From assembly GCF_037042905.1 (NCBI RefSeq), contig NC_087245.1, forward strand, positions 38,254,001 through 38,318,000: 64,000 nucleotides of DNA. The letters run 5' to 3'. The notes under the pieces were generated by a model. It had not been told where the DNA came from and ran no database searches. It saw only the letters and a list, made by a program, of their open reading frames with translations. This stretch comes from Lytechinus pictus. Taxonomy: Eukaryota. Below are positions 37,001 through 47,957 of this stretch, piece after piece (position 1 is the first letter of the stretch; every line of letters begins with the position of its first letter). Made by a program: the position numbers and the translations under genes.

Positions 37001-38481
37001 TACATGTACGTGTGTGACATCACAGATCTTGGTCGCATTGCCAATGAGAGGATCTACATGGCATTAGTGATCTCAATATTCAAATGCTCATAACTTTCTT
37101 ATTATTCATTCAATCTTCCTCAAACTTACAATATGTTTCTTTGATTTTTCTCTTTGATATGGATTCAGCTGGTTTCAAGGGTTTCATTCTCCTTTAATGA
37201 AACTACTCAAACTACATGTAGTATAGAAATGTTCAAATCCTGCTCTTGTTATTACGTGTAGCTGATAATTCTTTCAATTATGTAGATCCTATCCTGTTCT
37301 GGACTTCTAGGGAATAAATAAGAAAATATTAATTGGCATTTTTCATATTGATGTGGAATAATGAAAAAGTCAAAATTGAAAAAATAATACCAAAGATTGA
37401 AGATTAATTCATGACAAGTTACAGTTTCATGATAATGGATTTAAAGAGGAAGTTCAACCTGATTAGTTTGTTATAAATAGAACATTGAATTAAAAATACA
37501 ATTTGAAGAAAAATTCATTGGTGAAAGAATGATGAAAGGTGAAAAAAAAGAATTTTGAGAATTGTGAATTTGGATTTAAGATGTCATCTACATGTATGAC
37601 CAACTCCCCAACCACATGAAAAACAAAAATATTTTTATTATAGAAGAGGGCTGTGGGTATGAAATGCTACGTCTGATGATATATCCATCGCACAATTACT
37701 AGATCTGTTAGTGTTAGGCCCCGACTCCATCAAATTTTTTTGGGAAATATTACATTTTCGATATTTGTTTGGATGATTGGTTATGGAGCTGCCATCACAA
37801 AATAAAAACTTTGAAATTCTTAATTCATAATACCTTCACTAATATTTTTCTGTTTTTAACTTTTTATTGAAAATAACTTCTCATCTGGTTGAACATTCCC
37901 TTCACATTTGCACTGTCCAGTTCAGTTGCATTTCATCATGAACAGCCAGCTGATCAATTCAAAACACATGTGATTGAGTGACTCTGCACTGAGATCCGAG
38001 TGAGACAAGTTTTTCTTTGCAACAGTAGATCCACAATAAAGCAACAACACAATTAAACTATCTCTAGAATAATCTCATTGATATCTTAACATGAACATAA
38101 TCATACTTTTAACTTAAGTAGGCCTACAGTTACATTTCATTTGCATTTAGCTTTCGTCTGGATTAGTTCTTGATAGCTTGACATGGTAAAATACACACGG
38201 CTGTCATGTACACTGTACGCATGCATTTGTTACATACAGGCATGTCAACACAGAGCCTGCATTACGTTCGCAGATATCAGTGGAGCTCCAATCCTCTCTC
38301 AGCTCACACACAGATACACACACACTGCGATGCAATGCTCCATTACGTGGTGGTTTGGGCACATAGAGGTGTACATGGCCGGCGAGTGTGCCATGTCATG
38401 TACGTACACATCAATGCATAATTTGGTGATAGAGAAACAGACGGTGAAACGAACCTGTTCAACTCCTGCCGCCGCAGACAT
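25295..38481 (-). CDS. YTHDF: YTH domain family m6A reader (YTHDF1/2/3 ortholog), join(38481-38455,33862-33838,32880-32795,30411-28594,25336-25295), 665 aa
   Basis: YTH domain [25 protein letters not shown]...GVWAQDKW...[12 protein letters not shown] with three cage Trp. Y/P/Q-rich N-terminus. The small 5' exons mirror vertebrate YTHDF. All introns GT-AG; 1998 nt. Confidence 0.95.
27106..28076. mobile_element. Helentron-associated (HINE/Tsp/pearl-like) element with ~160-bp tandem repeats
   Basis: SubTIR gtctcacctgcat / atgcaggtgagac, terminal hairpin, (GCC)n microsatellite, five central repeats, inserted into an A-run with no clear TSD. Confidence 0.8.
28594..30411 (-). CDS. YTHDF: YTHDF large exon 4 (low-complexity region plus YTH domain), 1818 nt
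   Basis: ORF 28573..30390; acceptor cag|GGG TAC; donor AGG|gtatgt. Confidence 0.97.
30480..31100. repeat. Degenerate long inverted repeat (old MITE) in YTHDF intron 3
   Basis: Arms such as cccattccaagtttgca / tgcaaacttggaatggg and gtcaacccc / ggggttgac. Confidence 0.65.
32003..32174. mobile_element. 172-bp hairpin MITE (Harbinger-type)
   Basis: 3-bp TSD CAG; ~65-bp near-perfect inverted arms gtgggtgtttcataaagc...gctttatgaaacacccac. Confidence 0.8.
32795..32880 (-). CDS. YTHDF: YTHDF coding exon 3
   Basis: [29 protein letters not shown], similar to vertebrate VQNG...DFEPYL; tag acceptor and gtaac donor. Confidence 0.88.
32990..33560. mobile_element. Truncated Helentron-associated copy in YTHDF intron 2
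   Basis: gtctcacctgcatt start plus about three repeat units. Confidence 0.7.
33838..33862 (-). CDS. YTHDF: YTHDF 25-nt microexon 2 (KPRSQRSQ)
   Basis: ttttgcag|AAACCA...CAAG|gtaaga; restores phase between exons 1 and 3. Confidence 0.82.
34023..34296. mobile_element. Harbinger-like MITE
   Basis: gggctctgtcttacaaaga...tctttgtaagatggggccc inverted termini. Confidence 0.6.
36607..37193. mobile_element. TTAA-flanked MITE (Kolobok-like), family A copy 2
   Basis: Same termini and body as 13882-14465. Confidence 0.88.
38455..38481 (-). CDS. YTHDF: YTHDF coding exon 1 (MSAAAGVEQ)
   Basis: ATG at 38481, CAG|gttcgt donor, 27 nt; resembles vertebrate MSATSVDxQ. Confidence 0.85.
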
Positions 38482-38539
38482 TGCCTTGTAAATCCAATAA
38501 TATACCAAGATTCTACTAAAATAAAGTCTTCTCTGAAAG

Positions 38540-38790
38540 TCCAATTGTACACGGTCAAACAGAAATGTTCACAAAATCGTATTTCCTTCCTCTTGACGGA
38601 AAAATCGTCCCGCAAAACAACGCTAATTTACGTCGGCCGATCCCAATAACAATGGTGGATTCCCAAGAAGTACATGTGCCTTGCAGAAAGACGTTGCGTT
38701 AGTTCGTAGATCGTCGTCGTGCATATATCGCGTATAGTCGAGTCGCGCTTTCATGTCACGTGATTGCAACGTCAGCACGCTCGGCATATT
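38540..38790 (-). promoter_or_regulatory. CpG-rich YTHDF promoter with E-box GTCACGTGA (38755-38763)
   Basis: Abrupt CpG enrichment upstream of exon 1; USF/TFE-type palindrome. Confidence 0.55.
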
Positions 38791-40678
38791 TTCTCCGATT
38801 ATAATACTAAGAATGATATTACCCTTCAAAACTTTTATATATATATATATATATAAAGCGAGATTTGTATATTCGAGTATTATTATAATAATATCATTAA
38901 GAGATTGATTAAGTCTACCGAATGACATTCTAATATGAGCGAGTTTTTCAGTAAATTTTCAGTAGTTGGAAGACAGAATGATGTCCAAAACGTCTTTCAA
39001 GGCCGGCCAGGGAGCCATGAAAAAGTTGCTTTAGTCTAGATTTAGTCGTTAAAAACAAAGTGCATAATAGAGGATAGAAAGGGTAATTTATCAATAAAGA
39101 AAGGGGAAAGAAATATAAAGTTGATATGAAAAAAAAGGATTAAACAGTCGAGATTTGTTCCATGAAAACTCAGAGATGAGAATTAAAAAATGGGATCATA
39201 ATTATCGGAAAGAACAGTGCCTTATGAAATTATTTTACAGCCATCACAGCCCATAACATAAAGTTCCAAACTTTGCGGAAATTGCAAAAATGAAATTATG
39301 ATGCAAATGAAAAGGAAAAGATTGCAGAAAGGAAAAATAAATGAATAATAGGCTATTTTTTGTTGATAACGAATTTATTTCATTCCAAAATTTCAACAAG
39401 GTTACAAAGTAAAGCCAAATATAATATAACGTTATGAAATAAAATAGAAACCTTCTGAAAAGCAAAGCTTGATATTGAATGTTTCCTTCAATAAATAAGA
39501 CATATTAATGCAAAATACAAAGTTCAATATAATATATATATATATAATATACAAATCATATCTTTCTTGTAGAAGTTCAAAATATATATAATACACAAAT
39601 CATCATACCTTTCTTGTAGAAATTAAATGTAAATCCTTGTTAAATACATTTTTTAACATATTCTCCCAAGTAAAATACAAACAAGGCTGGATTATATTAC
39701 AAGATATGAAAAAAAAGTGAAAAGGACACACAAAATAAAACGTTACAAAAGTAAGAGCAGAACAGTAGAAGTATAGGTTTTAGAATCCTCTAAAAAGATT
39801 ATTTAAGATTATAATGGGAGATGATGCAATATTCAACATTTCGAGCAAAAATTCATATTTGACATTTTCATTTATAGATTGTCGCATTAATTAATGTGAT
39901 TGAAAGTATCCTATGGAAAATAAACAACACTGTTGAGATAATTATGTGGGGAAATATTGTTTTCGTAACCAATGTCATCAGTAACTCATATATAGGCCTA
40001 CAATAAACTTGAAGCATAGGGTATCCCCGCTTCCACAATGATGCCAGGATATGCACGACCCCCCCCCCCCCCCATTGCGAGGAATGTTTTTATTGGTTTA
40101 TGGTAAAAAAAAACAAATAGGCCTATATTTAATAGTCGTTTGAATTATTCAATTCATAAATGGATTTATTATAACCTAGACTGAGTCATGATAGCGGACA
40201 AGCAACAAGCTAAATGTCAGGATTTGCCATGGCAAAATTCTTGTAAGAATATAGATTGCATGAACGCAGGAGCGGAGCAACGGCGCGGCGTGGAAAATAT
40301 TTCGTTTTTGGAATGCAAAATTAAACAAATTCAAGCATGACTGCATGCATTTAAAGATGAATCCACGCACTGACAGAAGTATTAATCAATTGATAATTAT
40401 TAAAAAATATCGTTTCCCCGGGATCGCGTTTCTGTCTTGAAAAGTGGGCGTGCGTATGGCACTATTGTTGTGTTGGGGTTGGATCGATACTGCTCTTTAA
40501 CTTTCAACCAGACTATATGAGATGAATCAATGCAAGATGTAGAGTTCATATATGTTTATTGAAGATTATAAACAAGATGTTGATGATGAAAAATACATGA
40601 GTAAGTCTGATGGTGACTATACTCTGAAGATGACGATAATATTAATTCTGCAAACTGATGTAGTATACTTTTCTGTAG

Positions 40679-42100
40679 CAGGCGCGTAGCCAGGGGGGCG
40701 GTGGGGGCGGTCGCCCCCCCAAAAAAACGTCCCAAAAAAGAAAAAAAGAAGGGAACTTGAAAAAAGAGAGTAGAAAAGGAAAAGCGAAGGGAGGAAAGGG
40801 AAGAAAGGTAGCTTTGTGGGTTTTTTTTTTTGTATTCTTTCTTTTTTTTCTCAAAAGAGAAACTCCTTCACTCTTGCTCTAAATTTATATATATGAATTT
40901 TGCTTCCCCGCTGCGCGCGGTTAAATGACAATATTGCAGTTCTCCTTTGTTTCCCTCACCCTTTCTCTAACCACCCTTTTCCACCTCAGCTATATGTGTT
41001 TCTTGCCAGTTCAAGTTCAAATGATTTCATGGAATTAGAGTAAGGTTAGCCCGAAATGTATGAAGTTCTCTTTTTTTTTTAAATTGATCGCGAAACTTCT
41101 GGTCGGGTCGGCTCCGGGCTAGTAAAATCTTTATATCAATTTCTGCCGTCACCTCCATATAGGCAACTTCTCCCGCTTTTCAGCTCATTACTAAAAAAAC
41201 ATAATTTGGGGGCAAACAGGTTCCTAATTTAAAAAGAGGAAGGTATAAAATTCGTGTCGTATTAAATAAAAAAGTACAATATTTTTTTATCAAATTCTAT
41301 TTAACTTCATTTCATTTCCCTGCACATTCATTTCCTGTCCTGTTTTGCGCCCTCAGTTTGAAATTTTGAATGACACTTAAGTTTCTTTATCATTCAAAAT
41401 GAAGCGCTTCAGGATAAGTCAACGAAATTATACATTATCCTTTTTTATATAATTTCAATAAATCACAGAAGTTTCAACTTTTTGCGCGATATTTTCCTTG
41501 TAATGAAGTTCCATAATCTTAGAAAATCAATTGAATTAGAGCCGATGGGTATAGAGATATCTGCATTTGATGAAACGTCTGCCCTTTGAAATTTCAGAGT
41601 TTCGAATTGCTCTGCGTGGGGATGAATATCTCCCTCCCGGCATATATACCCTTCTGCTCTGTTTTGCGAGTTAAAGATACTGTCGCTAAATTGTTTGTAA
41701 TCAAATCTGATCTTTCAAAGGGAAGCATTCAATATGACTTAGAGAATACCCTTTTCTCAGGACCCTTTTCTTTGCAAAAACTAAATGATAAAACGCTTTA
41801 GATTCCGCGCTTCGCGCGGGGTAATTATTATGTTTATTTCCTCCATTTTATCCCTTGTTTGTGCGTTCACAATCACTTTTGAAAACAAGGTTCAAAATCA
41901 CAATATAGTCAACTGAATTGAGCTGATATAGGTACTAGAGATAAGAGAGACGGCTCCTTTTCATTTTAATTTATGAAACACCTAAAAGCTTCGCGCTTCG
42001 CGCGGGAGGGGGAAAATCCCCCTCCCTGCACCCACCCCCTGGGAGCGCGCTTCGCGTGCATTTACCACCCCCTCAAAATGAAATCCTGGCTACGCGGTTG
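40679..42100. mobile_element. Non-autonomous hAT-type element
   Basis: 8-bp TSD TTCTGTAG; TIR caggcgcgtagccagg / cctggctacgcggttg. Confidence 0.88.
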
Positions 42101-43907
42101 TTCTGTAGCTCTAAACTCCAATTTCTATAATCTATCTGTATGCTAGAACAATCTCTAAAGTAATCTGATTTGGGTTCAGAAGTGAACCCGTTTTATATTG
42201 GTCTGTTCAAGACTCTTTACAACCAAACAGGTGTTGGTCAACCTTGGACGCTTGACCAAAACAATCTGTACGTCATAACTTTACTCTGAATTGGGGGAGT
42301 TGACCTTTTAGGGAGAACATGAAATGTAGAGAATAAGAAACCCATAAAATGTGTGTGCGTCAGAAGTTTAGCTGGAAGAAGAATGAGTAATACTTTCTTA
42401 AGAAAGTTGGAGTTGGTATACTTCCTGTAGAAGTATTGATTATATATTGATATAATATTGAATATGTGAGATATGTCTTATCATCACATAACACTATATC
42501 GGCGCGAAGAAGAACTAAAATGGTTAACATACAGACCTGAAAAGAGTTATATTAGGCCTAATGACAATTTGCAGTGCACTCATCAATCAAATAATGAGAG
42601 CGCGAAGCGCGAGCTGAAACATTTGAGATCAGTGACTGGAAAGGTTAACCAGTTTTTGCAATCACAAATAGGATGGGTATCTAATCAAACAATTAATGCG
42701 AGGGCGAAGCGTGAGTTGATATAATATTTAAATTTAATCGTAAAACAGGACATTCAAAGCAATATATGTAACCATGAACAGGACAGGTATATATAATAAA
42801 TTGACGCGAGCGCGAAGGGCGGGGCGGAATATTTTTTAATTTCAGACATGAAAACTGGACATAAGCATATTTTGCAATCATGAACAGGATGGGTATATAA
42901 CTCAACAATCGATCGATGCAAGCGCAAAATGTGAGCTAACAATTTTGATTTTCCGACCTGAAAACTCAGCCCCGTACTAAACCCCCGTACGTATAGATCC
43001 ACCACTGATTTTGAATATCACTTAATTTTTTTGAGTTTTCGTGATAAGAGAAGAACATACAAAAGAAATGAGATTTTAAATTCATAACAGTGAATAAAAG
43101 CAAAATAGCCATATTATAACACCGATGAGTCTCCCAAATGGCTCATTATGAGTCAATTTTTTTTTAAATTTCACCTCGCTTGCATTATTGATTTATTAGG
43201 AGCGGATCCAGCCTTCGCCAATAGAAGGAGAGGGGGTCTAGCCATATTTTTCCCCATTGGCCGCTCGAAGTTGATTTTTGTTTGTTTCTTTGAAGGGGTA
43301 GTCTTAATAGTAATTTCTTAGCTTTATTTTATAAATCATTAAAAATATATTATAATCTCATAAGCCTTATTTAAATAATCTGAGCGCGAAGCACGAGCTG
43401 ATTTTTATTTTATGTATTTTGTCCTAAAATTCTGGGCAATGATTTTGTGATCCTGAACAGATGTGTTGAAACTATATAATTACTGCGAGCGCGAAGTGCG
43501 AGGAGAAATTTGTAATATACGTTTTGATCTGATCGAAACTGCTTGCAGTTAGACATAAAGACGTTACATATTTCAACAAACAATGCGAGCAAAAGCGCGA
43601 GCTGAAAATTTTTGACATTTCTAAAAAAAAAAAAAGAATGGAAATTCCAAGCCCTTTTTTGTAATCGTGAACATGATAAGTATATAACTAAACAACAGCG
43701 AGTGCGAGCGGAAAAATTCGAGATTTAGACCTAAAAAAACGGGACACGTATATATACTATTCATGTTTTGTAAAATATGAAAAGGTTAAGTAATTGGGGA
43801 TCTTCCTACATTATATGCGATCGCATGCAAAGCGCGAGCTGAAATTTTTTGACATTGCTACTAAAAGAATGGAAATTCCGAGCGCTTTTTGTAATCGTGA
43901 ACAGGAT

Positions 43908-43943
<36 letters not shown>

Positions 43944-44541
43944 CTGATGCGCGCGCGAAGCGTGAGCGGAAAAATTCGAGATAGAGACCTTCAAACGGGA
44001 CGCTCTATTCAGCGTTCAGAGGCGTATAACAGGCGGGGGGGGGGAGGGGAAAGAGAGAGAGGGGAAGGGAAAGAAAGAAAAAGAGGAAAGGGAAAAGGGG
44101 AAAGGGAAAAATTTAAAGAAAGGGAAAGAAAGAACCTAAATAGGGAAAATCGAAGGAAAGCGGGAAAAGGAAAGAAGAACACGTGAGGAAGTACAAATAT
44201 CCTGAAATAATATAGCATGATTAGCAAGAGAGGGATATAAAATCAAAAGATATGACTCAATGGCACGGACAAGAATGGCGGGAAAATGGGAGAAAGAGGC
44301 AGAAAGAAACGGGAAATGAAGGTAGAACCAAAATCTCAATTGGAAAATCAGAATGTAGAGAAAAGGGAAGAGAAAAAAGAAAATAACTTAATAACATGCA
44401 CGACCGTGTTGCCGAGGATTGAAAAATATAAAGAACGAGAGGAAAGGTGGATGGCGTCTATTATAAGCTTGCTAAATTTTATGCAATAATGGTCACAATC
44501 AGGACAAACAATCCCGGGAAAAATCTTTACCCAAAGAATGG

Positions 44542-45432
44542 TGTAGTATTTTCCAAATTTCATCCTACTTCATTTCTCAACTTTGCCTTCTATTACTCAT
44601 CATCTTTGAGAGGACATTACCCTTGGATATGGCGTAGACAGGTTCGTACACCTGGGGGGGATGACTGGGCTGCCAACGCTATTGAGGGCGCGAAGCGCCC
44701 GAGCGAGGGAGCGAAGCGACCGAGCGGGGGGAGGGTGTGGGAGGGGGGTGTCCCCCCTCCCACGGTAGGGAGCTTTTGCAATTTTGAACTTGAAATCGTG
44801 CAATCTGATGCATACTTAATGAGGTAAAATAACACACACAAGCGCGCACGCACACACACACATACTCACCCCCACACACACACATACTCACCCCCACACA
44901 CACACACACACGGGTGCGCGAACCACACACATACTACTCCTTGAATGGACAGACATACATCGACAAGATCTACACACCGTGGCATACGAATACAGAATGG
45001 ACTGACACATAGTATTGCATATTGAACCACACTACGTATTTATTTATCTCTGTGAATTTTGCTGTTACACCTCTTCAGAAAAAAAAAACCAATGTCAACT
45101 GTGTACACGCAGGTATAGTCTTTGTTGTCTTGATATGGGTATGTGGTTATGAATGAAAACAGCCTCTGTGGCCATTTGTGAATAGAACACATAAACAACA
45201 AACAAATAACAATATGTCTGTTCATTATAAAGCATAATGAATACGTACATACTATGCTTTTTTTTACCTCAAAGAAACAGGCATAGTATCCATAGATGGA
45301 TATTGGCTGGCGGCTCATTAACATACAGATACAAAAAACATAAACAGTATCACTATGATCCAAGGAGTAACAATACTGCTTTGTAAGTTCAAATTAGGGC
45401 ATTATTTACTTCTATTTGATCTCAGTCTTATA

Positions 45433-45481
<49 letters not shown>

Positions 45482-46983
45482 TAATAATAATACAAATAAA
45501 AAATAATACTAATACAAATAATAATGCTAATACTAATAGGTTCCTTTTATCTCGCATTTCAAGACAGGGTAAATTCACACTGCGCTTTACATGAAACAAA
45601 CTTCTTTAAACATTTCAAACTTATGTCTTCATGCATCAATCAACATACTTTAAATGAATACACAACAAAGTGCATCTTAAATAAAACAAAAATAAATAAA
45701 TAGTTAACAATACAGAAAAGATGTAGCTGCTGCAAGCTTAACAACAAACTAATGTATACCAGTCAGTCCTGATATCAGTATTAGTGTAACAATAGTCATA
45801 TAGTGGGAGCATGAAGTTGAACAATTCATGATTATACATAATTATATATGTTATAAAGATAGTAGTATGGTACTCACTGTCACGAATTATTATGTATACT
45901 GTTGTATCACATTCATTTTCTATTCTGTTTTAGATTGTGCTGATGCATTTTGCACACAATGTATAATGCCTATAACACGTGGTTTGTCCCATTTGAACAC
46001 GCAAAACTCGTGGTTATCTTTTGGTTTCCACACCACGAGATTGCGCGCACTGCAAAATATGCGCGATTAATCTTGTGGTTATCTTGTGGTTTCCAAACCA
46101 CAAGATAACCACAAAATACTTGTAAGATTTTCTTTTTTTTACCGTCTGAATTGGCTTTCACCGTGTGAATGCGGCTAATAACAATAAACACAATTACAAT
46201 AATGATGAGGATTATTATCATCATCATCATAATTATTATTACTATTAATATTATAATTGTTATCATTATTATTATTACTATTATTATCATCATTATGACT
46301 TATTAAGTAACCAAATATCATTCCCCAAAACCTGGGGGGGATGATTGTACATGCCATCCCCCCCACCTTGTGAGGTGGGGGGGATGCATCCCCCTCATCC
46401 CCCCCGTTGTCTACGCCCCTGCTTGGATACCAGTTACTTCCACTCCCTGACAATAAACATGTCAACAAGTGGTCAAGAATGACCCTCAGCACAGCACATG
46501 CACCTGTGACTCACTGTAAATTCTCTGAATTGGTACCTCTCTCTCCCCTCTCTCTTTGTTTACATCCTACATCTCATTTGGGATGAAAACTACAACTTTC
46601 TTTTCGGACACACTTCTCAAAGTTTTCTTCTTCAGTAAACACGTGTTTTGAGAACGTCGTCAAATTACTTAATACATTTGTGGACTCCATCATCTCACTT
46701 GGAGCAAATTCATCCATTTCATCTTCCACAGCATATCATTTCAAATTTGCGTACTACCCTTTTTTCTCCGTCATTTTCACTAAGAGAAAATCCAAATACC
46801 GCTTGTGCTAGCCAAGTTATTTTTTGCGATATAATCTTGTGTGATTTTGTGTCATTGGGATTGTGCAATAATTGGAACACTTTGTTATATTGGAGGATTG
46901 TCTGTCGGATCTCTACACGCATAAAGTCGGTAAGTGGAGATTGGCTTATTACCATTTCAACTTATAAACCAGCCCCCGCTTCA
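44542..46983 (+). repeat. 5' LTR (44542-44629 + 46430-46983), interrupted by an insertion
   Basis: The two pieces sum to 642 bp and match the 3' LTR with one mismatch seen (catctttgag vs catatttgag). Confidence 0.95.
44630..46421. mobile_element. Non-autonomous hAT-type element inserted in the 5' LTR
   Basis: 8-bp TSD CTTGGATA (44622-29, 46422-29); ends tggcgtagaca / tgtctacgcccctg; contains (CA)n and (AAT)n tracts, no transposase. Confidence 0.9.
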
Positions 46984-46984
46984 C

Positions 46985-47002
46985 TGGTGACCCCGACGTG
47001 AT
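46985..47002 (+). promoter_or_regulatory. Primer-binding site complementary to tRNA-Trp
   Basis: TGGTGACCCCGACGTGAT starts 1 nt after the LTR end; the same 18-mer as the tRNA-Trp PBS of avian retroviruses. Confidence 0.9.
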
Positions 47003-47093
47003 TTAAACCCGACCAACGTGCTGAGAACAGTCATCCTTTTTCAAATTGTTTTAATTGTTGTCTCCCTTTCTTCATTCATTTATACTTATCATC

Positions 47094-47957
47094 ATGTCGA
47101 CTGACGATCAATTTTCTTCCGACTCGACAGCTAGCTCTTCTATTTCCAATGTTCAACTTAAGCTTCCTCCCTTCTGGCCAAATGATCCTACCATTTGGTT
47201 CGTCCAAGTTGAAGCTCAATTTCTAACAAAGGGCATCAGCAAACAATCAACAAAATTTGCATATATCGTTGCATCACTTGAACCCGAATATGCTCAGGAA
47301 ATCAGAGATCTCCTCATTTCTCCCCCAAAGGAGAACCCATATGATGTTTTGAAATATCAGCTCATCCAACGAACATCAGCATCCGAACAAAAACGGCTCC
47401 ACCAACTACTGATTTTGGAGGAGCTGGGAGATCGAAAACCCTCTCAGCTGCTCCGAAAAATGAAACAGTTGTTGGGAACCAACACTCTTGAGGAGAACAT
47501 TCTGAAACAACTATTCCTGCAGAGGCTGCCAACCAATATTCAAGTTATATTGGCTTCAACCCGAGATTCCATGGAAATCGAGAAGCTTGCCGACTTAGCC
47601 GACAAGATTCTCGAAACCCATTCCCCAATTCATCACTCTCGGGTAGCACATCTGTCTCCCTCTTCTTCTTCCACCACACCCTCTTCAAATCCTGAAATGG
47701 CAGAGATGAAAGCTCAGATCGCACAGCTTTCCCTTCTTGTCCAAAATGTGTCGGCGCAACAATCCGATCGGAGCCGAGGTCGCAGCCGTGAGCGAGGCTC
47801 TCGCCAGAAAGAAAGCCGTCAGCGTAGCAAGAGTCCTCAATCACATGTCGGAGGAGACTGCTACTACCATTGGCGTTTTGGAAAGGGGGCAAAGAAGTGC
47901 ACTCCCCCTTGCACTTTCAACCAGACCAACCAGGGAAACGACAAAGCCAGCGACTAG
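47094..47957 (+). CDS. gag: Gag (CsRN1-type, C-X2-H-X9-C-X3-C knuckle)
   Basis: [22 protein letters not shown]-terminus, [15 protein letters not shown]-rich stretch, [18 protein letters not shown]. Confidence 0.92.
   Translation: MSTDDQFSSDSTASSSISNVQLKLPPFWPNDPTIWFVQVEAQFLTKGISKQSTKFAYIVASLEPEYAQEIRDLLISPPKENPYDVLKYQLIQRTSASEQKRLHQLLILEELGDRKPSQLLRKMKQLLGTNTLEENILKQLFLQRLPTNIQVILASTRDSMEIEKLADLADKILETHSPIHHSRVAHLSPSSSSTTPSSNPEMAEMKAQIAQLSLLVQNVSAQQSDRSRGRSRERGSRQKESRQRSKSPQSHVGGDCYYHWRFGKGAKKCTPPCTFNQTNQGNDKASD

Noticed and set aside
6321-38481. TSEN34 and YTHDF adjacency as a functional RNA-processing cluster
   Set aside because: Separate promoters and no shared elements; adjacency alone is not evidence.
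40430-42470. Possible decayed coding sequence flanking the 40679-42100 insertion
   Set aside because: No continuous frame or motif that I can identify.
46648-47001. Duplicated 117/118-aa ORFs (also 51536..51892) as an accessory gene
   Set aside because: They are LTR sequence with a non-ATG start and no recognisable domain; the duplication just reflects the two LTRs.
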